A stretch of 63,914 nt of DNA, the filler included, from Octopus bimaculoides (lineage: Eukaryota), in NCBI RefSeq assembly GCF_001194135.2. It is 7 parts of 6 records of this genome, joined end to end, with 100 filler letters (N's around TTAATTAATTAA, not from the genome) between each part and the next. Parts side by side here need not be neighbours in the genome. Positions count along the whole stretch, not along the records: positions 20,837 to 25,107 come from NC_068990.1; positions 25,208 to 30,993 come from NC_068987.1; positions 31,094 to 55,316 come from NC_069001.1; 4 more parts are not named here. One strand, 5' to 3'. A program made the position numbers and the translations under genes. Below the pieces are notes generated by a model. That model saw only the letters and a list, made by a program, of their open reading frames with translations, was not told the DNA's origin and ran no database searches. This document shows positions 23,731-36,168 of the stretch, piece by piece. Within the stretch, counting starts at the first letter, position 1. Each line of letters begins with the position of its first letter.

Positions 23731-24100
23731 GAGGGTGCATGGCCTAATGGTTAGAGCGTTTGGCTCACGGTCATGAGATCAAGGATTCGTTTTTAGACTG
23801 AGCGGCGCCTAGTGCTACACACTTGCTGTTCCGCCTGGTCAGTAGGCTGGAGAGCATGTAGATGTCTATGTTCGCTGCTACACAGGCAACTAAAATAGTT
23901 AGCGAAAGTATGGTACATGCTACCAAATAATAATCATTTGAGAGACCTGGCAGTATTTCATTAATGTACATTATTGTACACCAGTCTACTTGTTATCTAT
24001 CACTAGTCTGGCAATTACGGAGAAGGCAATGTTTCGTTGAAGAGGTCTGATATGACTGAAACATGTCCAGAGTTGTCTCTCATGCATGCAAAAATAAGAT
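23731..24100 (+). mobile_element. Older tRNA-headed SINE with a degenerate hammerhead motif in its tail
   Basis: A-box TGGCCTAATGG (23740-23750), decayed B-box ggattcgttt, HHR-like motif at 24032-24072. Confidence 0.6.
24032..24072 (+). ncRNA. Degenerate minimal hammerhead motif
   Basis: TTTCG-TTGAAGA-GGTC[tgatat]GACT-GAAAC AT GTC|CAGAG. ACATGT palindrome and GUC triplet. Most deviations are C>T from CTCTG CTGAAGA GGTC..GACC GAAAC. Confidence 0.6.
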
Positions 24101-24516
24101 TAAAACGCTAAGGGTCATTCCATGATTATTAAATACAATTGTATCCAACTGTTGTTAGACTATTCTTTTAAAAGAATTGTTATTTTGAAAGAAATAGAAA
24201 GAAAGGAAAAGGGGGTAACAGATATGAATAAATGTGGTAGAACACCAGAAATGGTAAAATGGCGTATTAAATATGTTACCAAATTTAGTTTCACGCGTCA
24301 ACATTGAAACTTCACATACGAACGGGTTTGCCTTTTATTTCACAGAGGTGAAAAATAATAAATGCGAAATATGTGTTGGAGTCGTTAGAAGTTGTTTTTG
24401 TTTATAACTGCATGGATAATCAAAATTATTCAAACCTCCTATATTACATGTGCGGTGACACGCTACCGTGTGTATGTATTATCCTAAGTTTCATTGAAAT
24501 TTCATATCACATTCAA

Positions 24517-24730
24517 GGTGGCAAGTTAGCAGAATCGTTAGGACGACGGGCAAAATGCTGAGCGGCATTTCTTCCTGTTTTACGTTCTGGGTTCAAATTC
24601 TACTGAGGTCGATGTCAACACCACCTTTCGGGGTCAATAGAATAGGTATCAGTCGGGTACAGGGAGTAGAGGTAATGGAAAAGCCCCATCCCACCAAATT
24701 TCTGGCTTTGTTCCTATAATAGAAATAATT
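24517..24730 (+). mobile_element. SINE family A
   Basis: ggtggcaagttagcagaatcgttagg...gggttcaaattctactgaggtcga. Confidence 0.75.
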
Positions 24731-24803
24731 ATTTCATGTCATATTCGTCATTAGCATCACAGTATTTCATCTAAGAGTTGCTGACTAAGTAGACCATAAT
24801 TCA

Positions 24804-24834
24804 CTGAAGAGCTTTTCTAACATCGAAACATGTC
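24804..24834 (+). ncRNA. Isolated hammerhead core remnant
   Basis: CTGAAGA-G cttttctaacat C-GAAAC AT GTC. The core and helix III palindrome are intact, but helices I and II are largely lost. Confidence 0.4.
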
Positions 24835-25269
24835 TTTTGCTTTCACTATCTGGCTTTAGAAACAAGATCTACTCTCTAACTGCATCTTTTATCTACTAGT
24901 TGTTTCAGTCATTGGACTGCAGCTATACTGGGTCAACACCTTGAATGGTTTTCGTCTTATGAATCGAACACAGTATTTTTTTAAAGCCTGGTACTTTTAC
25001 TATCATGTCTTACACCGAACCACTAAGTGACAGATATATAAAAGAAAAAAACCTAACATCTGTGGTGGTAGGGACAAACACAAATACACACACATGCACA
25101 CGCAAGCNNNNNNNNNNNNNNNNNNNNNNNNNNNNNNNNNNNNNNNNNNNNTTAATTAATTAANNNNNNNNNNNNNNNNNNNNNNNNNNNNNNNNNNNNN
25201 NNNNNNNTTACACATTATTGGAGCATCCAATTTCCGCAGCAGTATGATGGGCGCCCCTCCTCAGAACAT

Positions 25270-25505
25270 TGTAGGAAGTAATTCCTCTCACTCCTTGGAA
25301 CGTTCTAGGAAGTAATTCCTCCTCTCCTCGCAACTTTCCAGGAAGAAATTTCTCCTCTTCTGCCCTTTCTTGGAACTTTCCAGGAAGTAATTCGCCCCTC
25401 CTTGGACGTTTCCTCGGAATTTTTCAGGAAGTCCCACTTCGGAACTTTGCAGGAAGTAGTTCATCCTCGGTGCTTTCCAGGAAGACCTCGGAGCTTTCCA
25501 GGAAC
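25270..25505 (+). repeat. Degenerate minisatellite of ~8 units centred on (AACTTTC)CAGGAAGT
   Basis: Recurrent aggaag at 25-40 nt spacing with intervening CT-rich tracts. Confidence 0.75.
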
Positions 25506-25794
25506 GCAGGTGCTATACAAATTCTTTTACTTCCGACACATGTTTCGAAGATATCACTGGTATTATTCCAAACTTATAGTCTACCTTTGACGTTATTTCC
25601 TCTAACATTTTTTGAAACAAACTTAATACATATCCATCATATTCTGTTAAAATGTCTTATTGACGAGTTTCATTTCTTCTTTTCCCTCAAGACAAGATTA
25701 CATTGTTTTACACCATTTTATTCCTTCGGAATAATACCAGTGATACCTTCTAAACATGTATCGGAAGTAAAAGAATTTGAATAACACCTGCGTT
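25503..25794. mobile_element. MITE with ~65-bp TIRs (related terminus at ~31177-31240)
   Basis: aacgcaggtgctatacaaattcttttacttccgacacatgtttcgaagatatcactggtattattcc versus ggaataataccagtgataccttctaaacatgtatcggaagtaaaagaatttgaataacacctgcgtt. Confidence 0.8.
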
Positions 25795-25978
25795 TAACTC
25801 CATTTCTTTCTTTATTTATACTATACAAAATATTTCACGTAAACCCGGAGTTTCTAACTTTAAAAACGAGGAGTTACACCCTTTTTACTTGTGTGATTTT
25901 TTACTACTCTGGTAACTACTTATCAGTTTTTTCCGTGTTGTTAACAAGGGAAAACTTCACACACACACACACACACAC

Positions 25979-26110
<132 letters not shown>

Positions 26111-27089
26111 AGCGACACACTAGCAACATTCCACTGGTTACAGGTGAACAAAGAGCTTTAAGCTACTATATTATGCAACGTATTAAAAAGTTGTGTATAA
26201 ACTACACACCTTTTCGTGGAAAGAAGCGTCACATGTGTCATCTTTAAAGAAACGCGAAACAGTTTCTGAAAATTTTCAAGATGATTCGATATTTTGGCAA
26301 AGATGAACCGTGGAATTTTACAATTTTACAAATATATATGACCAAAATCTGAAATTTCATACGGGTGGGAGAAGGGTAAATTGATCTGAAACCCTGTACG
26401 TAAAACCGTTATTGTCACTAGAAGATGTTTCTTTGGACAATTGTTTATGTCTTCCAACCAAGTTAGGAAACAACGCTTTGCTTCAATCCTTAGTTCATCA
26501 AATTTCTCCGATATATCTTTGATCGTCTGAGCTGTCTATGCAGCTGCACAGAAAAATCGACCTGTTATCCACTCATTCAATATATACTGTGTTAGAGAGA
26601 AGATACTCAGAAAACAAAAGCACAGCTACAATAAAAAAAACATCATTCATAATGTATATTCTATGAGGCAACTATGCGTAAATTTCGCGCTTTAGTAGGC
26701 TCACTATTCAAATTCTCGAAGCAGAAAATTTAATTGATAAAGTCGTCCGAGTGGTGCTAATTATCTGTCTGCGAAATAAGATTTAATGAAATATATTCTC
26801 TAAAAGATTTTAGTCATTTATTTCTCGAAGCAAATTTCCGGTCAAAAAGCTTTTGTTTGCTGCAATGAGTTCAGTCAGTATTATAAGTAAATGTTCAATG
26901 TTAATTATACTCTCTAGTTAAAAATGAAGGACAAATTATTGCTCTAGGTGTGGTGTTATATGCTTTATTTTGGAAGAAAACACAACTATCCAAATAAGTT
27001 ACCTAACTCTGAATGTTATCTGGCTTTTGAAATTTTGCAATTCTCATTTTCGGTGATTCCTTCTGGAGTTTGCTCTTACCACGCATTTG

Positions 27090-27665
27090 CTCTTTGTAGG
27101 CCGTGATTTCCTCAGAGCTCCCAATGGATCATTCTTGCCACACTGTCATGGCATCTTTAGTATTCGCATTGTGCCAATTTTTGGCATTCGCCGATTATGT
27201 ACCATACCGTTTCACCCCTCTCACCGCACATTCTACATTTGTTGCTATCGATAGTGATGTCTATTCGGCACTTCATATAATTGGTCTTTAACGCTTGTTC
27301 CTGGGCTGTGCATATAAGTGATTCTGTCTCTATCTTCAGGTCACTCCTCATCCATTGCCACCAGTCCTCTGTATCCGTATTGGCGTTCACATCTCTTGAA
27401 AACTGACCGTACATTTTCTTTTCTTTCCGTGCTTTTTCTTTCATTTGTTCTCTTTTACTCTTTTACTCTTTTACTTGTTTCAGTCATTTGACTGCGGCCA
27501 TGCTGGAGCACCGCCTTTAGTCGAGAAAATCGACGCCAAGACTTATTCTTTGGAAGCTTAGTACTTATTCTATCGGTCGCTTTTTGCCGAACCGCTAATG
27601 TTGCGTGGACGTAAACACACCAGCATCGGTTGTCAAGCGATGGTGGGGGGACAAACACAGACACA

Positions 27666-27751
<86 letters not shown>

Positions 27752-28455
27752 CATATATATGACGGGCTTCTTCCAGTTTCCGTCTACCAAATCAACTCAC
27801 GAGGCTTTGGTCGGCCCGAGGCTATAGTAGAAGACACTTGCCCAAAGTGCCACGCAGTGGGACTGAACCCGGAACCATGTGGTTGGTGGGCAAGGTACTT
27901 ACCACACAGCAACTCCTACGCCTGTTCATTTCTTGCTTAAATATTTCTTTAGTTACACGAATTTTCAGTTTTGATGACGCTGGCCTTCTTCGTGTGTTTC
28001 AATAGTGGCTCCATGGCATTTTTATATACCACCCTAGGCTGTTTGCCTCTGATTCAATACAGTCCTGGCAATTGATCAAATCTCTCCTACACTTTCTTCT
28101 GGACAAGTGCAGCCTATCGGTGTCATTCTTATGGTGGAAGACTCCATGTATTGTCAACATTTTTCTGGTTTTGGTATCAATTTTCTTCATTTTTCACTTT
28201 TGCCATTTTATAATTCCCGCTTCACAGCCACGTATCAACTGCTTGGATTTTGTTCCATCCAGTCAATTTTGAGCGCAACATCAACCTCAGTCTTCAGAAA
28301 TACTCCATCGTCGTTTGCTTTTTCATTTCCTTTTCCTTTTTATCGTTGAACTCTAGTACACCAAGGTATTTGTACTCTTTCATTTAAATTTCCTTAACCA
28401 AGCCTCTATTCGGTAATTCTATCCTTGGTAGGGGCTGTACCTTGTCTCTTTTTAG
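27090..28455 (-). pseudogene. R4/Dong-like (REL endonuclease) non-LTR remnant, RT C-terminus to zinc knuckle, split by a SINE
   Basis: Peptides KEYKYLGVLE, KKIDTKTRKMLTIHGVFHHKNDTDRLHLSRRKCRRDLI and DLKIETESLICTAQEQALKTNY...CRMCGERGETVWYIIGECQKLAQCEY. Confidence 0.8.
27445..27920 (-). mobile_element. Full-length tRNA-SINE family B with internal (CA)n
   Basis: Head ggagttgctgtgtggtaagtacc...ggttccgggttcagtcccactgcg; tail ggcggtgctccagcatggccgcagtcaaatgactgaaacaagt(aaaagagt)n. Confidence 0.9.
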
Positions 28456-28458
28456 GTA

Positions 28459-29257
28459 GATTATTATTATTATTGTTCAGTAGTTTTATTTTTATAACGT
28501 GCTTTCACTTCACTACCGAGCGCAGCTCTGTGCGCCTTGGGTATGTGCTGTGGTTTACTGTGGTGCTCTCATTTTTTACTGTATTGAAAGTGTTTTGCGT
28601 AGAATGTGTGCAGTACCCAGTAGTGCAATTTTCTGTATGTGATATATATTTGTAAGTCCTGGTGTTTTTGTTATGGATTTGTCTGAATATTTTTTATTAT
28701 ACCTAAGGCACCTACNNNNNNNNNNNNNNNNNNNNNNNNNNNNNNNNNNNNNNNNNNNNNNNNNNNNNNNNNNNNNNNNNNNNNNNNNNNNNNNNNNNNN
28801 NNNNNNNNNNNNNNNNNNNNNNNNNNNNNNNNNNNNNNNNNNNNNNNNNNNNNNNNNNNNNNNNNNNNNNNNNNNNNNNNNNNNNNNNNNNNNNNNNNNN
28901 NNNNNNNNNNNNNNNNNNNNNNNNNNNNNNNNNNNNNNNNNNNNNNNNNNNNNNNNNNNNNNNNNNNNNNNNNNNNNNNNNNNNNNNNNTATCTGTGTGT
29001 ATTGGCATATTCCAGAGTATGGTTGCTTTCTCGTTTTCTGTGACCTTTTCTGGCGTGTGTTTATACCATCTTTTTTCTGTTGTTATTCCATAGTGTTGGC
29101 ATAGCTTCCAGTGTATATAGGTCCCAGCTCTGTCGTGTCTGTGAATATATTCCTTCTTAGCCAGGACTGGGCAGCCAGAGATAATATGATTTATTGTTTC
29201 TTGTCCATCTCCACATATTCTACAGTTACTTGTTATATTTCTTTTCATTATGTGTTT
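28459..29257 (-). mobile_element. 5'-truncated Dong/R4-like element flanked by (TAA)n
   Basis: CRICGDGQETINHIISGCPVLAKKEYIHRHD...WNMPIHTD [gap]...IQKIALLGTAHILRKTLSIQ*, a short 3' UTR, and (TAA)n on both sides. Confidence 0.85.
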
Positions 29258-29280
29258 TATTATTATTATTATTATTATTA

Positions 29281-29361
<81 letters not shown>

Positions 29362-29764
29362 CAAGAGTAGCTGGCCACAACTATTCATCTTAAACAGATA
29401 CTAGAATTAGTAGCTGAATATCTGACATAGGCAACACCGCAATCTTAAAGCCATGAATGAGTTTAACATGAACGACCAGCATCAACAGGTATTATTTGTT
29501 AATGACTGCTACCAGTAAATGTTATAATTGTGATGACGTATAATTTCGATTTTTGTTGACTAAACATATGAAAATTTGTTTTAAAAGACTGTTATAATCT
29601 CGTATATTATTCTAGTCTTACTCGAATATGAAAAGAAATTTCTTCAGCAGTATCGGGAAATATGTAAAGTGATGTGTAAACCATTTGGAACTTAACTCAT
29701 GGCTTGTTAGAAGTCACTGATTATTTATGTTTCTGCTGCACTTGAGGATCTGCCATCTGCCTAC

Positions 29765-29918
29765 CTCTATGATTATACACATGATTGTTTACTGTAAGAA
29801 CATCAATTCTAGCTGAATTGATCCATGATTTATAATATCGAAACACCGTTTGGAATGTCAAAAAGAATTCTTTGTATGAAACGCTATTTAAGTTTTTATT
29901 TGATATATTTTTATGGTG
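29765..29918 (-). CDS. Putative internal exon of an unidentified gene (HHKNISNKNLNSVSYKEFFLTFQTVFRYYKSWINSARIDVLTVNNHVYNHR)
   Basis: Acceptor ttattatttccag|, donor AGAG|gtaggc, inside a 90-codon open frame in very AT-rich unique DNA. Confidence 0.4.
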
Positions 29919-30576
29919 CTGGAAATAATAACAATGCTCCGATTCCGAAAGTAACTCTTGGGATTCATAAAGCCAAGAATTAAAGCAAAACACTAGCTTA
30001 TGCTGAAAAGCTGTTGATGTGTTATGCTAATAAAAAATATTGCAAGTGTATTGTTCAGTGGCCATACATTTTATGCTGTATCGAATATATTCAAATGATA
30101 TCAAAATTATTTAGCAATACAATTCGCTTTTCATTTTAGTCATGTTTTTTCAGATTCCTAAGGTCTTATATATCAGAGTATATGAGAACAATGGCAGGGC
30201 AGAATTCATTTCATTATATGTGTTGGACAACATACACGAAATAAGTGATAAAGAGTGTAATAAAACATATCCTTACAACGTGGGTTGCCTTTTTGCATTA
30301 AAACTTTGATTCTTATACAAATACATTGAAATAAAGAACAGATCACACGCGAAAGGGCATGTTTGGCTGCATTCTTTGATTTATTTGTTTATTTTTTTAA
30401 AATTTAGCGTTGAACACATCCTTGATTAGCTTTGAAACAGCCATTGAAGTTAAATTATTGACCTATCAGAAGGCCATAATAGACATTGAATATCCGCATC
30501 TCACTTAATAAAGTTCATTACTTCTACATCTCATGATGCATCACGCGCGCGCGCACATACGCACACACGCACACAT

Positions 30577-30623
<47 letters not shown>

Positions 30624-31093
30624 ATGTTCTGGAAACCACTCAACTGATGACGTGTGGGAACGCAGCCTGTTGCAGGTACGTGTTTTAATAGTTTATGTAA
30701 TAATAAGAATTTGAAAAATTAACAACAGCTTTTATCAATGTACAGAATGAAGTAGTAATGTAAGTAAAGCTTATGAATCCATCTTCATGTTTTGTAAAAT
30801 TTTAGATATTTTATACACACACCCACAAACTGACGCACGCATACACACACATGTATAATCATATATATATACATGCATCTATATACACACATACACACAA
30901 ATAGATACCTTTCTAGAACTATCAATCAATATATATATACATACGTGTGTGTATGTGTGTATGTATGTATGTATATATATATATATACATATANNNNNNN
31001 NNNNNNNNNNNNNNNNNNNNNNNNNNNNNNNNNNNNNTTAATTAATTAANNNNNNNNNNNNNNNNNNNNNNNNNNNNNNNNNNNNNNNNNNNN

Positions 31094-31155
<62 letters not shown>

Positions 31156-32389
31156 AAATTAAGAAATGGAGTTAAATACAGGTGTTATTCAAATCTTTAT
31201 ACTTCCGACATATATTTCAAAGAAAATATTGATAATATTCCAGAGGGAATAAAATGATGTAAAATAATGCAATCATCTCGTCAGGGAAGAAAAGAGAAAC
31301 AAAACACATCAGTAAGCCATTTTAACTGAATGTGATTATTGCATATATGATGAAGGGGAACTCTAGCAAGTTATTTTTTTTTTAAACTGTTAATAGATTT
31401 AACATCAAAGGCAATTTAGAGAAAGAGAAGGGGGAGAAAGAAAGAAATTAACCGAAAATTTTCCACACAGGAAAAGATATAGGAAAATGTGTTGTTGAAA
31501 ATGCACCTAAATTTCAAAAGAATTTGACAAAATTTATAGTGCGATAGATGAATGGCAATAAAGCTTAAACGTGTGGAAATAGATATATGTAGTGGAAATG
31601 AAATGTAAGAAGACAGTTAAAGGTTGAATTTTATAGATTGGTAGAAATTACTTAAAGGAACTAAAGGTATGCTTTTTCCAATATTTGCAATGATAAACGT
31701 GTTCTTTAAACATGTTTACAAGAGAACTCTCGAAGAACAGAATGTAATAGTGTTCTGCGTTACAGATTGGACAAAAAGATTTACCTTTATCATATGGAAA
31801 GGACCTAGATAGAAAATTCCATTCCAAATCAAATTGTTTATTATGTTCCTTTAGAGACCAAATTAATTTACTAAGCCCAGTATTGTTGCGTTTATTGATA
31901 TGTCTAAGTGTAGAGTAATGGTTGGTTATTCTTTTCGACTACTGAGATGAAGAACTGCCTANNNNNNNNNNNNNNNNNNNNNNNNNNNNNNNNNNNNNNN
32001 NNNNNNNNNNNNNNNNNNNNNNNNNNNNNNNNNNNNNNNNNNNNNNNNNNNNNNNNNNNNNNNNNNNNNNNNNNNNNNNNNNNNNNNNNNNNNNNNNNNN
32101 NNNNNNNNNNNNNNNNNNNNNNNNNNNNNNNNNNNNNNNNNNNNNNNNNNNNNNNNNNNNNNNNNNNNNNNNNNNNNNNNNNNNNNNNNNNNNNNNNNNN
32201 NNNNNNNNNNNNNNNNNNNNNNNNNNNNNNNNNNNNNNNNNNNNNNNNNNNNNNNNNNNNNNNNNNNNNNNNNNNNNNNNNNNNNNNNNNNNNNNNNNNN
32301 NNNNNNNNNNNNNNNNAGGTTTATGCTTATATTTACCAGATAAGACCATCCCACAAAACCCCATCCCACAAAAAAATAAATAAATAAGG

Positions 32390-33484
32390 GGATCTTTTCA
32401 ATCTCAGTCACAGATTTTTTTAATTAATTTTTTTTTAAACTATACAGTTTGAAACTTCGGATACTGGTTGACTGTGTCACATAGAACACAGTTTACTCTT
32501 AACGTTTTTGACAAAATTTTGTATTTTAGAAGTTATTTTCTGTTAAAGTTGTCGTATTTGGGTAATTTTAACCAATCAATGACATGTATTCAAATGAAGA
32601 AAGTTACTGCTGTTTGCGAAAGTAATGGAAGAACAACAACTTCCGGGTCATAAGGTCATGAAGGAGAGAGAGAGAGGTGGGAGAAAAGTATAAAAGATAA
32701 GAAAGTTGGATGAGAAAAACAGGAAGTTCTTTTATAGGTGTGTGTGTGCGTGTGTATTTTTTCTATCTTATCCAATGTATCCTCTCATTTATATAATGTT
32801 AGCGTATGATATTGAGAGAGATTTGGCTGTTATTTCCGGCAAATTGTAGAGAGAGAGAGAGAGAACGGAGAGAGTGGTGGTGTGCAGATGATCTGAACAA
32901 CAGCTTATATAAACTTACCAACCCCCTACCACTGCACATTAATTTATTAAACCCTCTCCTTTTCCTTGCTTCCATTCGGGGTTTTATCAGCTTTACATAT
33001 GAATGTGTGTGTGTGTGTGTGTGATGGACAGCATGAACAACTGTCATCAACTTCACAATCCCTCTCCCTCCTTAAAACTATGTATTCCTCACACCCACCT
33101 CCCTTTCAGCGTTCTAAAAGTTGCATTTGTGTATGTATTGGTGTGTGTGTGTGTGTGTGTGTGTGTACGTATACTTGTGTCTGTATTTATGTACATATAT
33201 GTACGCAGCATCCAAAACAGATGACCCAATGACCTGGATGTTGTAGCTCTTCCATTATTTTCACAAACAGCAGTAACTTTCTTCAACTGAATACATGTCA
33301 TTGATTGGTTTAAATTACCTAAATATGACAACTTTAACATGAAATAACTTCTGAAATACAAAATTTTGTCAAAAATGTTAAGAGTAAACCGTGTTTTGCA
33401 TGACACATTCAACCAGTATCCAAAGTTTCAAACTTTTTAGTTAAAAATTAATTAAAAAATCTGTGACTGAGATTGAAAAGATCC
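32390..33484. mobile_element. Non-autonomous foldback DNA transposon with ~270-bp TIRs and an 8-bp TSD (AAATAAGG)
   Basis: GGATCTTTTC...GAAAAGATCC termini; arms 32390-~32660 and ~33220-33484; AAATAAGG at 32382-32389 and 33485-33492. Confidence 0.9.
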
Positions 33485-33649
33485 AAATAAGGCAGCACAA
33501 AATTGTCATAAAATAAAACACATGTGATGAATTAATACAATTTGTAAAATTTTATAAGTTTGTTTCAAAGATACTAAAATTATTATTTTTTTTTTATTAA
33601 AACATGTTACCATTTTAAAAGCCTTCAAATTCATCATCATCATCATCCG

Positions 33650-34890
33650 ACATAAATATGTTTCATCAATGATAGTGTTAACATATGGATCATACTCATT
33701 TAATTCATCACCATCATCATCAGTAGAGTCATCATCATCATCATCATCATGCTACAGTATGTCATCTTCCATGTTGTCCATTGAATTTGATATCCCACAT
33801 TTTTTAAATGGTTTGATAACAGCTTCTGTTTTAACCAAATCCCATGCACCTATAACAAAGCTACACAAAATAACAAGTGAAACAATGCACACCTTTTTGT
33901 GAATGTCCTACAACCCTCAGTCATTAACTTGCTCCACTGTTCGCACATGTTATCCTTGAATGGCTTACTGAGAGACACATCTAACAGCTGGAGGACAGAT
34001 GTTAACCCTCCAGGTATAATGAAAAATTCTGTGTTACTTCTTTAGTGTTAGTCGTCAGATGTGATCTAAACATGTCCCACACCAAAAGACTGCACACTTT
34101 ACAAAGGCCTCCTTGTCATTGATTCCAAACCTTTTCTATCCACAGCTTCACACCATTTTTATCTATCCACCCTTAAATGAACAAATCCAGCAGAAATTTT
34201 ATTTTGGGCATTAATTTTCATTTACATATGACCATAGGTTTTAGCTTTGTTCCATCCAGCCATACAGGAAAGTACAACAGTGAATTTTGTTTTCTCGTGC
34301 CCTGTACTTTTTAATGTAACAGTCTTTACTCCTTTTACATCTACAGTTTGGTTGCTAATAATATCAAAATTTACTGGAGTTTCAACCATATTACTAATTT
34401 GTGATAAAGGGAAATTGTGTTGTTTTCTCAAGCCAATTACAAAACGAAGAAAACTTGTAATTGTGACATTAAGGTCTACTGGTAACCTTTGGCCTATTCT
34501 TGTCTTTTCATGCAACATGCCTTTCCTAGTGCACCAATTTACTGATCCCACAAGATATTTTCCTAAGTCAGGGTGACCTTTGGCACACTTACAGGTATAA
34601 ATGCATATAGCATTTCTACTTACAGCATAGCCATTTAGACATGTTTCCAGTACCCATTCTGCCACATGCTCTTCAAGAGTTTTCTACATACAAATGCCTG
34701 TTCTCAGAGTACATGTTTTTTTTGTTTTTTTTGGCATTCTCTTTAAAAACGCTTCAATTTTTCTCTAGTCATACACCAAGTTTTCAGACACCAGATTCTC
34801 TAGCAGCTATTGGAGCCCTTTGAAAATTCTATAACTTTTATTTTGAATCTACAGTCATACTTCTGCCTTTTTTTTATTGGGTGCCATGGT
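33650..34890 (-). pseudogene. Decayed pogo/Tigger-like DDE transposase
   Basis: N-terminal KRQKYDCRFKIKVIEF; KTVTLKSTGHEKTKFTVVLSCMA (pogo DDE_1 region); acidic C-terminal tail; many stops and frameshifts. Confidence 0.85.
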
Positions 34891-35346
34891 TAAATTTTCT
34901 GCTAATATTTTCACAGCTACATATACAAATTGGAGTTTGTCAATGGTCATAAATATTGGTATCTGGTATAGATGTTAGTGCTAGCTGGTTAGGGTACATA
35001 CTGTTAAATGCACTTATAGGTACCTATAGGTAATTAAGATAGTTTGGTAGTTTGACAGCTTAGTAGTTTCAAAGTCTGAACAATAGTTTGAAGTTTGTAT
35101 GATAGTTTAAAGTCTGTGCAATAGTATCGAAATCTTTACAATAGTCCCCCACAAACCTATTGATCAACAGTGAGCTGCTTGGTGTTGATGGTACCACTGG
35201 TACACTGATAAGCTGTTGTGAATGATAGATTTGCAGTTCTATATTTTCAACAAACGTAATGTAGTATGTGTAAACAATGGTGATATTGTATGGTCTATCT
35301 CTACGTTAAATAGACTTATACATTGGCATATACAGTAAATATATGC

Positions 35347-35405
<59 letters not shown>

Positions 35406-35527
35406 TGCATATATATATGAATATATACATACACACATACATACATCTATATGTATGCGTGTGAATATATATATATATACATACACACACATACATATAT
35501 AAGTGTGTGTGTGTGTGTGTGTGTGTG

Positions 35528-36168
35528 TTGACAGTCTGGCCCTCAGGAATGAATTCTCAATGTGCAATACCATGGATATAGAAAAAAACAATGAGCATAC
35601 ACTTGATTGAGCTGCAGACCTATTGTGCTTTCTTTGGTTATGGAGATGAAGGGTTCTTCCATTGTGACGACTGCTGCTTCATCTCAGGGTCATAACTGTA
35701 GACCCAACTCTTGTTACCAGTGATGATCCTCAACATGAATGGCATGCTGATGGAGATCTTGACAGACTTTGACACAATGTTCTTTCTGCTCAGTGGTCAG
35801 CAGGTGTGGTCAAACGTGGCAGAAATACACTGCATGTTTAATTTAGACATAAGAATTGCCTGCATGGACCCATAAGAAAGACCAACAGCATCAGCAATGC
35901 TAACAATTGTCCTCGGACGATCCTCGTGCACAAGCTGATGAATTTTCTCCACATTTCCTGGGGTGACACTCATGACAAGTCTTTCAGATTGCTCGTCATC
36001 TTCCAGGAACATTCTTCTACTTTTGAAGCACTTGTGCCACTTGAAAGATTGCATTCAACCCATTGCTTCATCGCCGTAAGCTTGCTGAAGCATGCTCAAT
36101 GTCTCTCTTCAGACTACCCAAGTTTAACGCAAAATTTCATATTGGCTCTTTGTTCCCACTTCCTGGAA
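35528..36168 (-). pseudogene. Decayed mariner transposase, N-terminal half
   Basis: WEQRANMKFCVKLG; LEDDEQSERL...NVEKIHQLVHEDRPRTIVSIADAVGLSYGSMQAIL; ends EFIPEGQTVN at a (CA)n tract. Confidence 0.9.

Noticed and set aside
27478-27500. AGTC-aaat-GACT-GAAAC-AA-GTA in the SINE family B tail, resembling HHR helices II/III
   Set aside because: No CUGANGA upstream in any copy; more simply a LINE-derived 3' stem-loop.
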